64,000 bases of DNA from Candidatus Omnitrophota bacterium (GTDB lineage: Bacteria > Ratteibacteria > UBA8468 > MWAK01): NCBI GenBank assembly GCA_043826355.1, contig JBDRQI010000004.1, positions 85,961-149,960 of the forward strand. Reading direction: 5' to 3'. Position 1 is the stretch's first letter. Each line of letters begins with the position of its first letter. The notes below the pieces were generated by a model. The model did no database searches. It saw only the letters and a program-made list of their open reading frames with translations, and was not told the DNA's origin. The position numbers were made by a program, and so were the translations under genes. This document shows positions 8,383 to 18,231 of this stretch, piece by piece.

Positions 8383-9756
8383 TCATTTTATTTTCCAGTC
8401 AGGTTTTGTCCACTGCGCCGTGCCTCCTTCTCCTTGCCCCACCGGGTTTTTGCCTAAGACGAAAACGGTGGTATAGCCAGAATTTGTGCCATAAACCCAA
8501 TCCCCGTCAGGACTAACCACGACATCTTGGGGCGCAGTCCCCGGGGCGATGCTGATTGGCGAAGGAGGGGTCATAATTGTATTATCTAAGGTCTGGATAA
8601 TGGAAACATCGTTGGAGCCGTGATTTGTCACATACACATATTTTCCGTCTGGGGTAATCGCGGCGGCGACGGGTGCGTCCCCCGGGGCTACGCTGATTGT
8701 TTTCATGACCGTATTGTTTGATGTCCTGATAACCGAAACGCTGTCGCTGTTTGTATTGACAACATACACATAATTCCCGTCAGGGGTAACCTTTAAATCT
8801 TGCGGTGAGTTACCGACGTTGATTGTTTTTATGACCGTATTATCGGATGTCCTGATAACCGAAACGCTGTTTCCGCTCGCATTTGCAGCATAGACATAGT
8901 TTCCGTTAGGATTAGCCGCTATCGCGTGGGTGCCGTTCCTGGTTCCGATTGTTTTTATAACCTTATTATCGGATGTCCTGATAACGGAAACACTGTTGGA
9001 ATCGTAATTTGTCACATATACACGACCCCCGTCAGGGGTAATCGCTAAATTGGTCGGTGAATTCCCGACGTTTATTGTTTTTATGACCGTATTATCGGAT
9101 GTCCTGATAACCGAAACCTTATCAGTGCCCCTGTTTGCAATATACATATATGCATAATTCCCGTCAGGGGGGGAGAAGACCATGCCTCCGGGGCCTTGCC
9201 CGACCGTAATTATTTTTATGATTTCCTGAGAGGTTCTTTCGATAACCGAAACGGTGGTACCCGTTCCCCAGCCGCCGGGGCCTGAAAAATGTCCGACGTA
9301 CAAATAAGTCCCGTCAGGGTCAGGGGTAACCGCGATGGTGCCAGGGTAAGGGCTGAGAGGAATTTGGGGCTCGTAAGTATCGGGATAAACCGGAAAATCA
9401 GAAGGGGCGGAAATCACGAGTTGAACTCTTTCTGCCGCTGACGGATGTCCGTTGACCGTGCCGGTTGAGATAAATGTAATCGTATCGGTTCCTGTTTTGT
9501 CAATATGGAAATAGCCGGTTCCGAGCGCAAATTGGTTGTTGGGGTCAGGATCCCAGGAGCTGCCTTTAAAACGCGCATAGTCAATACCCGCCTCCGCCAG
9601 ATAGAACGCCTGTTCCCGGAACAACCTCTTGTTGGCTTCAATCCGATCCAGGGAACCGAGCAGAAGAATTCCGCTGCCGACAATCATCGCGATAATCATA
9701 TAGATAATGACCATCGGTAGGAGGTATCCCCTTTTACTGTTACAAAAAGGATTCAT
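8383..9756 (-). CDS. PilX-like minor pilin carrying a YVTN beta-propeller (putative tip adhesin)
   Basis: G|YLLPMV prepilin-like N-terminus, QAFYLAEAGI PilX motif, about seven 42-aa YVTN repeats. Confidence 0.85.
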   Translation of the reverse strand: MNPFCNSKRGYLLPMVIIYMIIAMIVGSGILLLGSLDRIEANKRLFREQAFYLAEAGIDYARFKGSSWDPDPNNQFALGTGYFHIDKTGTDTITFISTGTVNGHPSAAERVQLVISAPSDFPVYPDTYEPQIPLSPYPGTIAVTPDPDGTYLYVGHFSGPGGWGTGTTVSVIERTSQEIIKIITVGQGPGGMVFSPPDGNYAYMYIANRGTDKVSVIRTSDNTVIKTINVGNSPTNLAITPDGGRVYVTNYDSNSVSVIRTSDNKVIKTIGTRNGTHAIAANPNGNYVYAANASGNSVSVIRTSDNTVIKTINVGNSPQDLKVTPDGNYVYVVNTNSDSVSVIRTSNNTVMKTISVAPGDAPVAAAITPDGKYVYVTNHGSNDVSIIQTLDNTIMTPPSPISIAPGTAPQDVVVSPDGDWVYGTNSGYTTVFVLGKNPVGQGEGGTAQWTKPDWKIK

Positions 9757-9757
9757 A

Positions 9758-10258
9758 TTATCCTCCCCCTGCGTTTCTCAGGTAAACCAGAAAAATATTG
9801 CTTATTGGGTTAAAATTGTTCGGCACAAGCACCTCAACTTTGACCCTGACGGTTCGAGTATCAACATTTGTAAATTCAAGTAAACTGCAAGTGTTTATGA
9901 TTGTTTCCGAGACGTTTGGAGGGTATTTATCATAGTAGGTCAGCCGGTTGCCGGAAGCAAGGTAGAATTCTTTTGACCAACCGGTATTGCTGGCAATAAT
10001 GGCTGTTCCCGACACTCCCAGCTCCCTTACTGCTCCGTTACGAACAGCATAAACAGTATCGGCGTTTGCTTCCTCGAGAATCCCTTTTATTTTGTAACTG
10101 GCGACATCAAGGTCTCTTTGCGAAGCCACTATCTCCTTGCCTGTTTTCCAATCCTTGAATGCGGCAACAATCAGGGTTTCGATGCCAAAGAGCGCTATTG
10201 CGCTCAGGATAATGGCAATTATTACCTCAACCAACGTAAAACCTTTTTTCGCAGACAT
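9758..10258 (-). CDS. Minor pilin (PilW-like)
   Basis: KKG|FTLVE class III signal peptide. Confidence 0.85.
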   Translation of the reverse strand: MSAKKGFTLVEVIIAIILSAIALFGIETLIVAAFKDWKTGKEIVASQRDLDVASYKIKGILEEANADTVYAVRNGAVRELGVSGTAIIASNTGWSKEFYLASGNRLTYYDKYPPNVSETIINTCSLLEFTNVDTRTVRVKVEVLVPNNFNPISNIFLVYLRNAGGG

Positions 10259-10273
10259 ATAAAATATTTGTTA

Positions 10274-10648
10274 TTATTTGGGTGAAATATACGTTGTTAG
10301 AGAAACGGGAAAACTTCCCGGATTCCAGCCCATCTCCACCGTTACCTGTTTATAATCGGGACCGGCGCCTATATCTGTAATTGTTGTCTTTCTCGTAAAA
10401 ATTTTTCCGGAAATATTCAGATTGTTTTCAATTGCGGGGCTGAGGAGCAGTTCCATATCGGAGTAATTCATGCTCTTTAACTGCTCTATCTTGTAAACAG
10501 CGCCCCAGGTCGCCAGGCGTTGACGGTTAGCGTAAGAAAGGTTATTGCGATTGAGGGAAAAAAAGGCTATGCCGCCGAGCAGGGATATAATTAGTATGAT
10601 TGTGGCAATAATTACTTCCGCTAACGTAAAACCGGCCTTTTTGTGCAT
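10274..10648 (-). CDS. Minor pilin (PilV-like)
   Basis: KKAG|FTLAE; YKQVTVEMGW C-terminal motif; start moved to Met19 because the upstream part is repeat DNA. Confidence 0.85.
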   Translation of the reverse strand: MHKKAGFTLAEVIIATIILIISLLGGIAFFSLNRNNLSYANRQRLATWGAVYKIEQLKSMNYSDMELLLSPAIENNLNISGKIFTRKTTITDIGAGPDYKQVTVEMGWNPGSFPVSLTTYISPK

Positions 10649-10655
10649 ACTTAAC

Positions 10656-10708
10656 GTAGCGGTGGCATTTATGCCAAGTTTTGTTCGTGCGATAAATCGC
10701 ACCGCTAC
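10656..10708. repeat. GTAG-type inverted doublet
   Basis: GTAGCGGTGGCATTTATGCCA...GTGCGATAAATCGCACCGCTAC. Confidence 0.7.
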
Positions 10709-10727
10709 AGGGTGCGCAAATACGATT

Positions 10728-10771
10728 ACGGCACCAGAAGAGAGGCGTTACCGACTCTCTTCTGGTGCCGT
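10728..10771 (-). terminator. 17-bp hairpin downstream of the major pilin gene
   Basis: ACGGCACCAGAAGAGAG-N10-CTCTCTTCTGGTGCCGT; no clear U tract. Confidence 0.55.
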
Positions 10772-10777
10772 GTCCAC

Positions 10778-11215
10778 TTAGAATTCACTAATCACTCCAT
10801 CCTGAGTTACTGTAGCAACAACAGTCGTTGTTGGCCAATACTTGAGCACTTTTGCCGTACCCGGCGCACCGTTGGTTGCGAGACTTGTGCAGGTGGCGGT
10901 GAATGTTGTCGTTCCGTTACCGGTAACGGTATAGGAATCGATGTCGAAGTAGTGAGCGTCTGTTGCGTCAATTCCCAGGACACTCTCGACTTGAGCGGAA
11001 GTAAGGTTGTTTGAGTAACCACCGTATTCTGACCGGTAGATTCTTTCTGCGGAACGGATTGCGCCCAAGGTTGCCACCGCTTCGGTCCGGATGGCTCTTT
11101 TGACGTTTGCCGTATAGAAAGGTATCGAGGCGGCAGCCAAGATTGCCACGATTATTACTACGACCATTAATTCCACCATCGTGAAACCATTTTTGTTCTT
11201 AAGTAAATTCTTCAT
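10778..11215 (-). CDS. pilA: Type IV pilin, probable major pilin
   Basis: KNG|FTMVELMVVVIIVAILAAASIP; own RBS and promoter-like TTGAAT-N18-TATAAT. Confidence 0.85.
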   Translation of the reverse strand: MKNLLKNKNGFTMVELMVVVIIVAILAAASIPFYTANVKRAIRTEAVATLGAIRSAERIYRSEYGGYSNNLTSAQVESVLGIDATDAHYFDIDSYTVTGNGTTTFTATCTSLATNGAPGTAKVLKYWPTTTVVATVTQDGVISEF

Positions 11216-11284
11216 AGAATTTTTTCACCCCCTTTTTGATGTTGCTTATTATTATATCTTAAATTTGCAACAAAATTCAAGTAT

Positions 11285-12499
11285 TTACATATTTACTGAC
11301 CCGGACAACTTGAATATCGGCAGATACAGGGCGATGACCACAAACCCGACGATTACGCCCAGCCCAAGGAGCATTGCCGGTTCCAGCGTGGTAGTGAGCA
11401 TCTTGGTTCTAGCCATGGCTTCGTCCCGGTAGAATCGGTTGATCCGGCTGAACATCTCGCTCAGTTTACCGGTTTCTTCTCCCACGGAAACCATCCGTGT
11501 CAATAGCGGGGGGAAGATGGGTTCTTTGCGCATTTCCGCCGAGATGGTGCCGCCGCTTTCTACACCGTTTTTTATTTTATCGGAAGCATCTTCAATCAGG
11601 CTGTTTCCGGAGACCGTGCCGACTATCCCCAGGCATTTTATCACCGGAACTCCGCTGGAAATAAGCGCCGCGAAAGTCTGGCAAAAATAGGAAAGAGCAA
11701 TCAAACGGAAGGTTTCACCAAGCACCGGCAGGCGTAATTTACGCCGGTCGAAAAACCTCCGGCCGTTCCGGGTCCTATTGTAACGGTAGCAGGTAACCGC
11801 AACAGCGAAAAAAATTAAAACAAGCCAAATAAAGTTTTTTATGATAATATTGCTGGTATCCATGACGAACCTGGTTAGAGGAGGAAGCACTACATCAAAA
11901 CTGGCAAACAATTCTGTGAATTTGGGTATCAGGAATAGAACGATAAAACAGAGGGCAAAAATAAAAAAGCCCAGTATGAAAGCAGGGTAAGTGGTGGCTG
12001 TTTTTACCTCGCGCTGAAGGGCTATTTTATCTTCCAGGTGGACGGAGATTTGCTCTAAAACCGCGGAAAGGTTTCCGCCTTCTTCGCCGGATTTAATCAT
12101 GGCGGTGATGATGCTGGGGAAGAGCCGGGGGTGTTTAGCCAGGGTTTGGGAAAAGGAGTTTCCTTTTTCAATGTCGGTTCTCATGCCGTTCACAATTCCG
12201 GAAAAATTGACGTTTTTTATCTGGGACGCCAATTCTCTCAACGAATCGGTGATAGATACGCCGGCGCCGACCATGGTCGCCAACTGCCGGAAAAAGAAAG
12301 AAATTTCAGACAGTCTAATCTTTCCGGTTCCGGCCATTTTCATCTGTATCCGTATTTTTGGTTTGATTTCCCGAGCAGAGAGGACAACCATCCGCTGTTT
12401 TTTCAGGGCGGCGACCAGCGTGTTGAGAGAGGCGGAATCCAGGGTTCCCTTAACCTTTTCTCCGTTTTCATTCCGGGCAAAATAGGTAAATTTAGCCAT
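11285..12499 (-). CDS. pilC: Type IV pilus platform protein PilC
   Basis: FFRQLATMVGAG, GEEGGNL, VGEETGKL, LEPAM, YLPIF. Confidence 0.93.
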   Translation of the reverse strand: MAKFTYFARNENGEKVKGTLDSASLNTLVAALKKQRMVVLSAREIKPKIRIQMKMAGTGKIRLSEISFFFRQLATMVGAGVSITDSLRELASQIKNVNFSGIVNGMRTDIEKGNSFSQTLAKHPRLFPSIITAMIKSGEEGGNLSAVLEQISVHLEDKIALQREVKTATTYPAFILGFFIFALCFIVLFLIPKFTELFASFDVVLPPLTRFVMDTSNIIIKNFIWLVLIFFAVAVTCYRYNRTRNGRRFFDRRKLRLPVLGETFRLIALSYFCQTFAALISSGVPVIKCLGIVGTVSGNSLIEDASDKIKNGVESGGTISAEMRKEPIFPPLLTRMVSVGEETGKLSEMFSRINRFYRDEAMARTKMLTTTLEPAMLLGLGVIVGFVVIALYLPIFKLSGSVNM

Positions 12500-12523
12500 A
12501 ATCAATAAGGATTATAATTCATT

Positions 12524-12702
12524 TGTCATTCTGAGCGCAAGCGAAGAATCTGACATACTTTGTCATCCTGAACGCACTCTGTGTCATTCTGAGTGAAACG
12601 AAGAATCCCGTTTTAACTACGAGATCCTTCGCGACTTCGGCTCAGGATGACAAAGCATTGTTTTACTCAGGATGACAGAGTGTTTAACGGCTCAGGATAA
12701 CA
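12524..12702. repeat. Family A repeat cluster
   Basis: Near-identical to 3328-3447. Confidence 0.9.
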
Positions 12703-12718
12703 CCATAAAAACATTAAA

Positions 12719-13783
12719 CTACGTTTTTCTGCTAATTAATTCTTCTAATTCTTTTGAATTAGAACTGGCGTTGATGGCTGTCTCCAAACTTATCTCTTTC
12801 TTCCGGTAGAGGCGGAAAAGGGAGCGGTTCATCGTTTCCATCCCAAGGTCCAAACCCATCTGCAGGTGGGAGATAATCTCCTGCGGTTTGTTTTCCCTAA
12901 TTAGATTCCTGATAGCCGGAGTTACTACCATGATTTCGGTTGCCAGCACCCTCCCTTTTCCGCCCGTTCTGGGGAGAAGTTGCTGGGCGATTACGCCGTA
13001 GAGTGTGAGGGAGAGTTGAACTCTTGTTTGTTGCTGCTGGTTGGTCGGGAAGATATCAATGATGCGGTTGATGGATTCTATTGCCTCCCCGCAATGTAGC
13101 GTGGAGAGAACCAGGTGGCCGGTTTCAGCCAGTTTTAAAGCGGAAGAGACCGTTTCCAGGTCCCGCATTTCACCGACCAGGACTACGTCCGGGTCTTCGC
13201 GGAGCGTGTGTTTCAGAGCTTCGTTGAAAGAAAGGGTATCTCCGCCTAACTCCCGCTGGTTGACGATTGACTTTTTATGTTTGAACAGATATTCAATCGG
13301 GTCCTCAACCGTAATGATATGGCATCTTCGGTTTTCGTTGATTTGGTTAACCATGGCGGCCAGGGTGGTCGATTTTCCGCTGCCGGTAGCCCCGGTTGCC
13401 AGGATGAAACCCCGGGAGAGGGAACAGAATTTTTGCATTATCGGGACCGGCAGGCCCAACTGCTGGAAGGTTGGGGTTTCGGTAAGGATGAGACGGAAGG
13501 CGCCGCTGACTGAACTTCTCTGAAAGTAGTAATTGACCCGGAACCGTCCTATTCCGTGAATTCCATAGGAAAAGTCAAGTTCCTTAAAATTTTCAAACCG
13601 GGTCTTCTGCTCTTCGGTCAGGATGGAGTAGCACAGGTCTTGGCAGGATTCCGCAGTCAGGGCAGGGGTTTCCATAAAGACCAACTCTCCGTCGATGCGC
13701 AGGCAGGGAGGAATGTTGGGAGAAAGGTGCAGGTCGGAGGCATTTCTTTCGGCCGCCAACGTCAGGAGTTCATTGATTTTCAT
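12719..13783 (-). CDS. pilT: Pilus retraction ATPase PilT
   Basis: GATGSGKST, EDPIE, LREDPDVVLVGEMRD, AIRNLIRE motif. Confidence 0.95.
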   Translation of the reverse strand: MKINELLTLAAERNASDLHLSPNIPPCLRIDGELVFMETPALTAESCQDLCYSILTEEQKTRFENFKELDFSYGIHGIGRFRVNYYFQRSSVSGAFRLILTETPTFQQLGLPVPIMQKFCSLSRGFILATGATGSGKSTTLAAMVNQINENRRCHIITVEDPIEYLFKHKKSIVNQRELGGDTLSFNEALKHTLREDPDVVLVGEMRDLETVSSALKLAETGHLVLSTLHCGEAIESINRIIDIFPTNQQQQTRVQLSLTLYGVIAQQLLPRTGGKGRVLATEIMVVTPAIRNLIRENKPQEIISHLQMGLDLGMETMNRSLFRLYRKKEISLETAINASSNSKELEELISRKT

Positions 13784-15432
13784 TATGGGTTTTCAACGAT
13801 TCCAAGGACTTCTTCCAGGGAGGTGATGCCTTCAGCCGTTTTACTCAGGGCGACATCAAAGAGACTCTTCATGCCTTCTTTTTTCGCTTCTTCCTGCCAG
13901 GTCCCGTAACTTGTTTTTTGAGTAAACAGTTCTTTCAGTCGGCGAGTTATTTCCAGGACTTCAAAAATTCCGATTCTTCCCCAGTACCCGGTTTCATTGC
14001 AAAAGCGGCACCCCTTGGCCTGGTAAATTTCGGTTTTAGCCGGCAGGAGATTTGAATAAGGCGCAGGTTCTTTACATTCCGGGCAGAGTTTCCGGATGAG
14101 GCGCTGGGCGACGACCAGATGCAGGGAAGGAGCCAATAGGTATGGCGCCACGCCCATGTCAATTAGCCGGGTAATGGTGGAGACGCTGTCATTGGTATGG
14201 ATAGTGGAAAAAACCAGGTGACCGGTGAGCGCGGCCCGGATTGCGATTTCGGCGGTTTCAAAATCCCGTATTTCGCCGACCATGATAATATTGGGGTCCT
14301 GGCGAAGGACATGGCGCAGGTAGTTGGCGAAAGTCAGACCGATTTCCGGCCTGACCTGGGCCTGGTTGATTCCTTCCAGCCGGTATTCCACCGGGTCTTC
14401 CAGAGTGACGATGTTTACTCTGGGGTTGTTGAGGTGGGAAAGGGCGGCGTAAAGGGTGGTTGTTTTTCCGGAGCCGGTAGGCCCGGTAATCAGAATAATG
14501 CCGTAAGGTTTTTTGAGGGCGGACTGGAATTTTTCTCTTTGTTCCTTTTCCATTCCTAATTCCTGAAGGTTCGGGACCAGGCTGGAACGGTCCAGGACGC
14601 GAATGACAACCTTTTCGCCAAAGACCGTGGGAAAGGTGGAGATGCGCAGGTCAAGAATTTTTTTTCCGATTTTAACTTCGCACCGGCCGTCCTGTGGGCG
14701 TCTTCTTTCGGCAATGTCAAGATTAGACAGAATCTTTATCCGACTGACGATTCCCGGGAACATCGTAACCGGGGGCGGGGATGCGGAGTTAAGTATTCCG
14801 TCGATTCGAAACCGCAGCGAACAGGTCTTTTCCATCGGTTCCAGGTGAATGTCGGAAGCCCTTTTTTCGATGGCCTGCACTAAAAGAAGGTTGACGAATT
14901 TTATCACCGGCGGGTCATCGGCCTGGAAGGTAATTTCAGATTTATCCGCTTCCTGGTCCAATCCTACGCTGGTCAGTTCCAGCGTCGGCGCTTCCATTTC
15001 GGTAAATCCGTAATAATTCTTTTCGATGGCTGCAAGAACTTCCTCGGATTTTCCCCTGACCGCTTTTATTTCGTAACCGGTAACGCTTTGAAGTTTATCA
15101 ATAGCGGTAATGTCAAATGGGTCAGCCATGGCCACTTTTAATATTTTTTCTTTCTGTTCGATGGCTATGGCCAAAAACCGCTTGGCCAGTCTTTCCGGGA
15201 TTTTTTTGATTAATGCTGGCGGGATGCTAAGCTGGGACAGGGAAACGATTTCGATTTCATTTTGCAGGGCGAGGGCTTCGGTCATTTTTTCTTTGGTCAG
15301 AAGTCCCTTTAAAATCAGAATAGTGCCCAAGAGTTTTCCGGTCCGCTGCTGTTCCTCAACGGCCAGGTCTAAATCTTTTTGTTTGATCAGGTTTTGCCTG
15401 ACCAAGATGTCTCCCAACTTTTCTTTATTCAT
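13783..15432 (-). CDS. pilB: Pilus assembly ATPase PilB with MshEN-like N-terminus
   Basis: GPTGSGKTT, RQDPNIIMVGEIRD, tetracysteine motif; N-terminal KLGDIL..LLGTIL. Confidence 0.93.
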   Translation of the reverse strand: MNKEKLGDILVRQNLIKQKDLDLAVEEQQRTGKLLGTILILKGLLTKEKMTEALALQNEIEIVSLSQLSIPPALIKKIPERLAKRFLAIAIEQKEKILKVAMADPFDITAIDKLQSVTGYEIKAVRGKSEEVLAAIEKNYYGFTEMEAPTLELTSVGLDQEADKSEITFQADDPPVIKFVNLLLVQAIEKRASDIHLEPMEKTCSLRFRIDGILNSASPPPVTMFPGIVSRIKILSNLDIAERRRPQDGRCEVKIGKKILDLRISTFPTVFGEKVVIRVLDRSSLVPNLQELGMEKEQREKFQSALKKPYGIILITGPTGSGKTTTLYAALSHLNNPRVNIVTLEDPVEYRLEGINQAQVRPEIGLTFANYLRHVLRQDPNIIMVGEIRDFETAEIAIRAALTGHLVFSTIHTNDSVSTITRLIDMGVAPYLLAPSLHLVVAQRLIRKLCPECKEPAPYSNLLPAKTEIYQAKGCRFCNETGYWGRIGIFEVLEITRRLKELFTQKTSYGTWQEEAKKEGMKSLFDVALSKTAEGITSLEEVLGIVENP

Positions 15433-15441
15433 TACCCTTCT

Positions 15442-15471
15442 TTTATACCATATTTTCAGTTTTCAGGTCAA
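15442..15471 (-). promoter_or_regulatory. sigma70-type promoter for pilB
   Basis: TTGACC-N18-TATAAA with TGn extended -10 on the minus strand. Confidence 0.55.
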
Positions 15472-16040
15472 ATTTTACCGTTCTCCACTTCCTCCAGGAA
15501 TATCTTCACCAGAAACTGGTCAAGGGTATTGTCAAGACCTTTCAGGATATTGGCTGATTCCGTGATGCTCGAAGCGGATTTATAAGGCCGGCCGGAAATC
15601 AGAGCCGAATAGGTGTCGGCGACAGCCAATATTTTTGAACCCAGCGGTATCTCGCCGTTTTTCCGGCCTTCCGGATAACCGCTTCCGTCCATCCGTTCGT
15701 GGTGGTAGAGGACCAGGGGCAATACGTCTTTCAGGGAAGTTATCTGGCCGATGATTTTGGCGCCTTCCTGCGGATGTGTTTTTATCTTTTCGTATTCTTC
15801 CGGAGAAAGCCGGCCTGGTTTTTGGAGTATGGCGTCGGGGATAGCGATCTTCCCGGTGTCGTGCAGAAATCCGGCGAAACGAATCGTTTCCTGCTCTTTT
15901 TCGGTGAGTTTCAATTTTTTGGCTATTGACTGGCCGTAATCCATGACCAGCAGGGAATGAGACATTGTGTAGTGGTCTTTGCCGTCTATCACCATCAGCA
16001 AAGCATTGATTATCTCGAGAATGTCGTGTTTTTTAGCCAT
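15468..16040 (-). CDS. Stand-alone HD-GYP phosphodiesterase
   Basis: HDTGK, HHERMDGSGYP, VADTYSAL..RPYK. Confidence 0.92.
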   Translation of the reverse strand: MAKKHDILEIINALLMVIDGKDHYTMSHSLLVMDYGQSIAKKLKLTEKEQETIRFAGFLHDTGKIAIPDAILQKPGRLSPEEYEKIKTHPQEGAKIIGQITSLKDVLPLVLYHHERMDGSGYPEGRKNGEIPLGSKILAVADTYSALISGRPYKSASSITESANILKGLDNTLDQFLVKIFLEEVENGKI

Positions 16041-16392
16041 TTATTTTTTCGGAGACCAGCCGGCGGATTTCAAAGATGTCAAACGGTTTGTTCAGGCAAA
16101 TAATTGCGCCCAGCCCTTGCGCTTGTTGAGTCATTTCCGGCGACCCGTAGCCGGTAAGGATAATCACTTTTGCCTTCGGGTTTATTGCTTTAATCTTTTG
16201 CAGTACTTCAATCCCGTCCATTCCCGGCATCTTCAAGTCAAGGATTGTCAGGTCAGGGTGGTCCTTTTTGCTGATTTGAATCCCTTCTTCTCCGTTGCCG
16301 GCAATCAATACATCGTAGTTGTCTTTGAACAGAATCCGCAGGGATTCGCGCGGGCCGATTTCGTCATCGATAACCAGGATTTTGTTTTTCAT
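16033..16392 (-). CDS. Single-domain response regulator (CheY-like)
   Basis: IDDE, LDLKMPGMDG, TG, KPF. Confidence 0.93.
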   Translation of the reverse strand: MKNKILVIDDEIGPRESLRILFKDNYDVLIAGNGEEGIQISKKDHPDLTILDLKMPGMDGIEVLQKIKAINPKAKVIILTGYGSPEMTQQAQGLGAIICLNKPFDIFEIRRLVSEKING

Positions 16393-16420
16393 TTCGCCTC
16401 CGTAAAACGTTTTTGTGTGA

Positions 16421-16569
16421 TGTCATTCTGAGCCGCTTTTGCGAAGAATCTGCCGCCCTTTGTCATTCTTGAGCGTCAGCGAAGAATCCAACGTAATTTG
16501 TCATCCTTGAGCGTTAGCGAAGGATCCAATCTTTAAAAAGCGAGATCCTTCGGTACCCTCAGGATGACA
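16421..16569. repeat. Family A repeat cluster
   Basis: Three left arms and one right arm; the first arm is nearly the reverse complement of 27051-27081. Confidence 0.9.
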
Positions 16570-16601
16570 ATCCATTTTTTCGTGCTTCCGTGGTATTCTT
16601 T

Positions 16602-17822
16602 TTAGAAATTATACTGGATATTTAGAGTTGTAATCAGATTAAAAGTTTTGTAGGTGCCGTCAAAAGGTCCGCTTTCGTCGATTTTCCGGTCTTCCGGAAA
16701 GGATAATTCCTGGGAGAGCGCCAGCGCAAAGTTTTTTTTCTCCCACCCAAAACCGAGGCAAAAGACGTGGGCGTTGGCGTCCGGCAGAGACGGGTCAAAG
16801 GTTCGGTCCGGTATTGAGGTGGGAAGATATACGTAACCTGCCCAGAGTTTCCAGTTTACGTCCGGACGGAATTCTATCCCAATTCTGGGGCTTAAAGTAT
16901 CTTCCCAGTCCTTGGCGATCTCCTGACGGGATGGAGCGGGTAGCGCAAGGTCGATTGTCAGATTTTTCAGCGAGGACCATTCTATCCACTCCAGGTCAGT
17001 TTCTATCTTCCATCTTTTATTCGGCCGGTAGGCATAACCAATTCCCGCCATGTTCGGGAAGTTCATTTTGACGGAAGACGGAGTTCTGAAATCCGGGCCG
17101 CCCAGGAACAGGGGTATGCCGGTCATCGAAAAGTGTCCGGTATGCTTGATGGAATAACCGCTGCGAAAGGTGCCGCCGATGCTGTGCTTTTCCGAAGGTT
17201 TATAGAGAAGACCAAGGTTGTATCCGTATCCTTCGCCTTCAACCGCCATCTTCTGGCTGCCGTCCGGGGAAGAAAAGAAACTGTAATCGTTCTGCGCTTT
17301 CAGGGTAAGGCTGGAGTTATAATAATTTAAACCCAGGCCAAGGGAAAATTCAGGGTTTACCCGATAGGCGATTGTCGGATTTACGTCAATAAATTTCATT
17401 TCCGAAAAAGTAGCGTTGTATCGGAACAAACCATCTTTAGACCATTCGGTTGATTGTCCGAAAGGCGTGGTGATTCCCAGTCCAAACCGCCAGTTGGTCG
17501 TTTTCAAGTCGGTGGCAAAATAAAGGTTTGGCAGGATATGTAACGATTCCTTCATATTTTCCGTTTGTCCGCCCGGAGCGTAATATTTAGTGGAAGGATA
17601 GATAAAAGCCGGGGTGAACAGAACCGAGGCGCCGGATAACTGGGTTAATCCGGCCGGGTTATGGGTGATGGCGGTGGCGTCATCTGCCTGGGCCGTGAAT
17701 GCGCCGGCCTGGGCCGAGGCAGCCGTTCCCTGGGGCGGGTTCTGAAATCCGGCCCCTTCCGCATGTGTCAGTACAGATAAGAACATAAACCCTAAAATTA
17801 CCGGATAAAATTTTTGTGCCAT
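16602..17822 (-). CDS. FadL/OmpP1/TodX family outer-membrane hydrophobic-compound channel
   Basis: AGAFTAQADDATAITHNPAGL hatch motif, FGLGITTPFG, NPTIAYRVN, C-terminal YNF; GGAGG RBS before ATG 17822. Confidence 0.9.
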   Translation of the reverse strand: MAQKFYPVILGFMFLSVLTHAEGAGFQNPPQGTAASAQAGAFTAQADDATAITHNPAGLTQLSGASVLFTPAFIYPSTKYYAPGGQTENMKESLHILPNLYFATDLKTTNWRFGLGITTPFGQSTEWSKDGLFRYNATFSEMKFIDVNPTIAYRVNPEFSLGLGLNYYNSSLTLKAQNDYSFFSSPDGSQKMAVEGEGYGYNLGLLYKPSEKHSIGGTFRSGYSIKHTGHFSMTGIPLFLGGPDFRTPSSVKMNFPNMAGIGYAYRPNKRWKIETDLEWIEWSSLKNLTIDLALPAPSRQEIAKDWEDTLSPRIGIEFRPDVNWKLWAGYVYLPTSIPDRTFDPSLPDANAHVFCLGFGWEKKNFALALSQELSFPEDRKIDESGPFDGTYKTFNLITTLNIQYNF

Positions 17823-17846
17823 ATTTCCTCCAAATTTTTCTTTGCG

Positions 17847-17876
17847 TGTCGTTCCCGCATGTTTTAGGCGGGAATC
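17847..17876. repeat. Family C palindrome (TGTCATTCCCGC..GCGGGAATCC type) in the FadL leader
   Basis: TGTCGTTCCCGCATGTTTTAGGCGGGAATC; related to 32171, 35860 and 58227. Confidence 0.75.
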
Positions 17877-17911
17877 AGCACCGCTTGGAATTGCGGGCAT
17901 ACCCTACAAGG

Positions 17912-17927
17912 TGCAATTTTTTTGCCA
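17912..17927 (-). promoter_or_regulatory. sigma54 -24/-12 promoter for the FadL gene
   Basis: Minus strand TGGCAAAAAAATTGCA: GG-N10-GC with TTGCA, about 90 bp before the start. Confidence 0.75.
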
Positions 17928-18001
17928 TAGATTTTCTGTTCTATTTGTACAGTAGGACAGGCTTCCCGCCTTCGCTAAAGCTACGGCGGGCAAAGCCCGC
18001 C

Positions 18002-18189
18002 TGTCATTATGATGTCATTCTGAGCCGATCTTACGAAGAATCCCGCAGTTAGCGGTTGAGATCCTTCGCTGCGCTCAGGATGACAGCGTATTAATGGCTC
18101 AGGATGACAGTGTTGCGCTCAGGATGACAGTGTTGCGCTCAGGATGACAGTGTTACGCTCAGGATGACAGTGTTACGCTCAGGATGACA
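18002..18189. repeat. Family A cluster ending in a 20-bp tandem array of GCTCAGGATGACAGTGTT(G/A)C
   Basis: GCTCAGGATGACA at 18073, 18097, 18117, 18137, 18157 and 18177. Confidence 0.92.
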
Positions 18190-18231
18190 CAAGGCGCAAA
18201 GCTTTGCACCGGTATTGTATCGGATTCCAGA

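Noticed and set aside
8640..9180. Diversity-generating retroelement TR/VR pair
   Set aside because: Repeats are tandem in-frame propeller blades and no reverse transcriptase is in the window
18073..18189. CRISPR-like array
   Set aside because: Units are 20 bp with near-identical 7-bp linkers, there are no unique spacers or cas genes, and the unit is the family A right arm
18191..18208. Second sigma54 promoter facing the rSAM operon
   Set aside because: GG-to-GC spacing is 11, not the required 10
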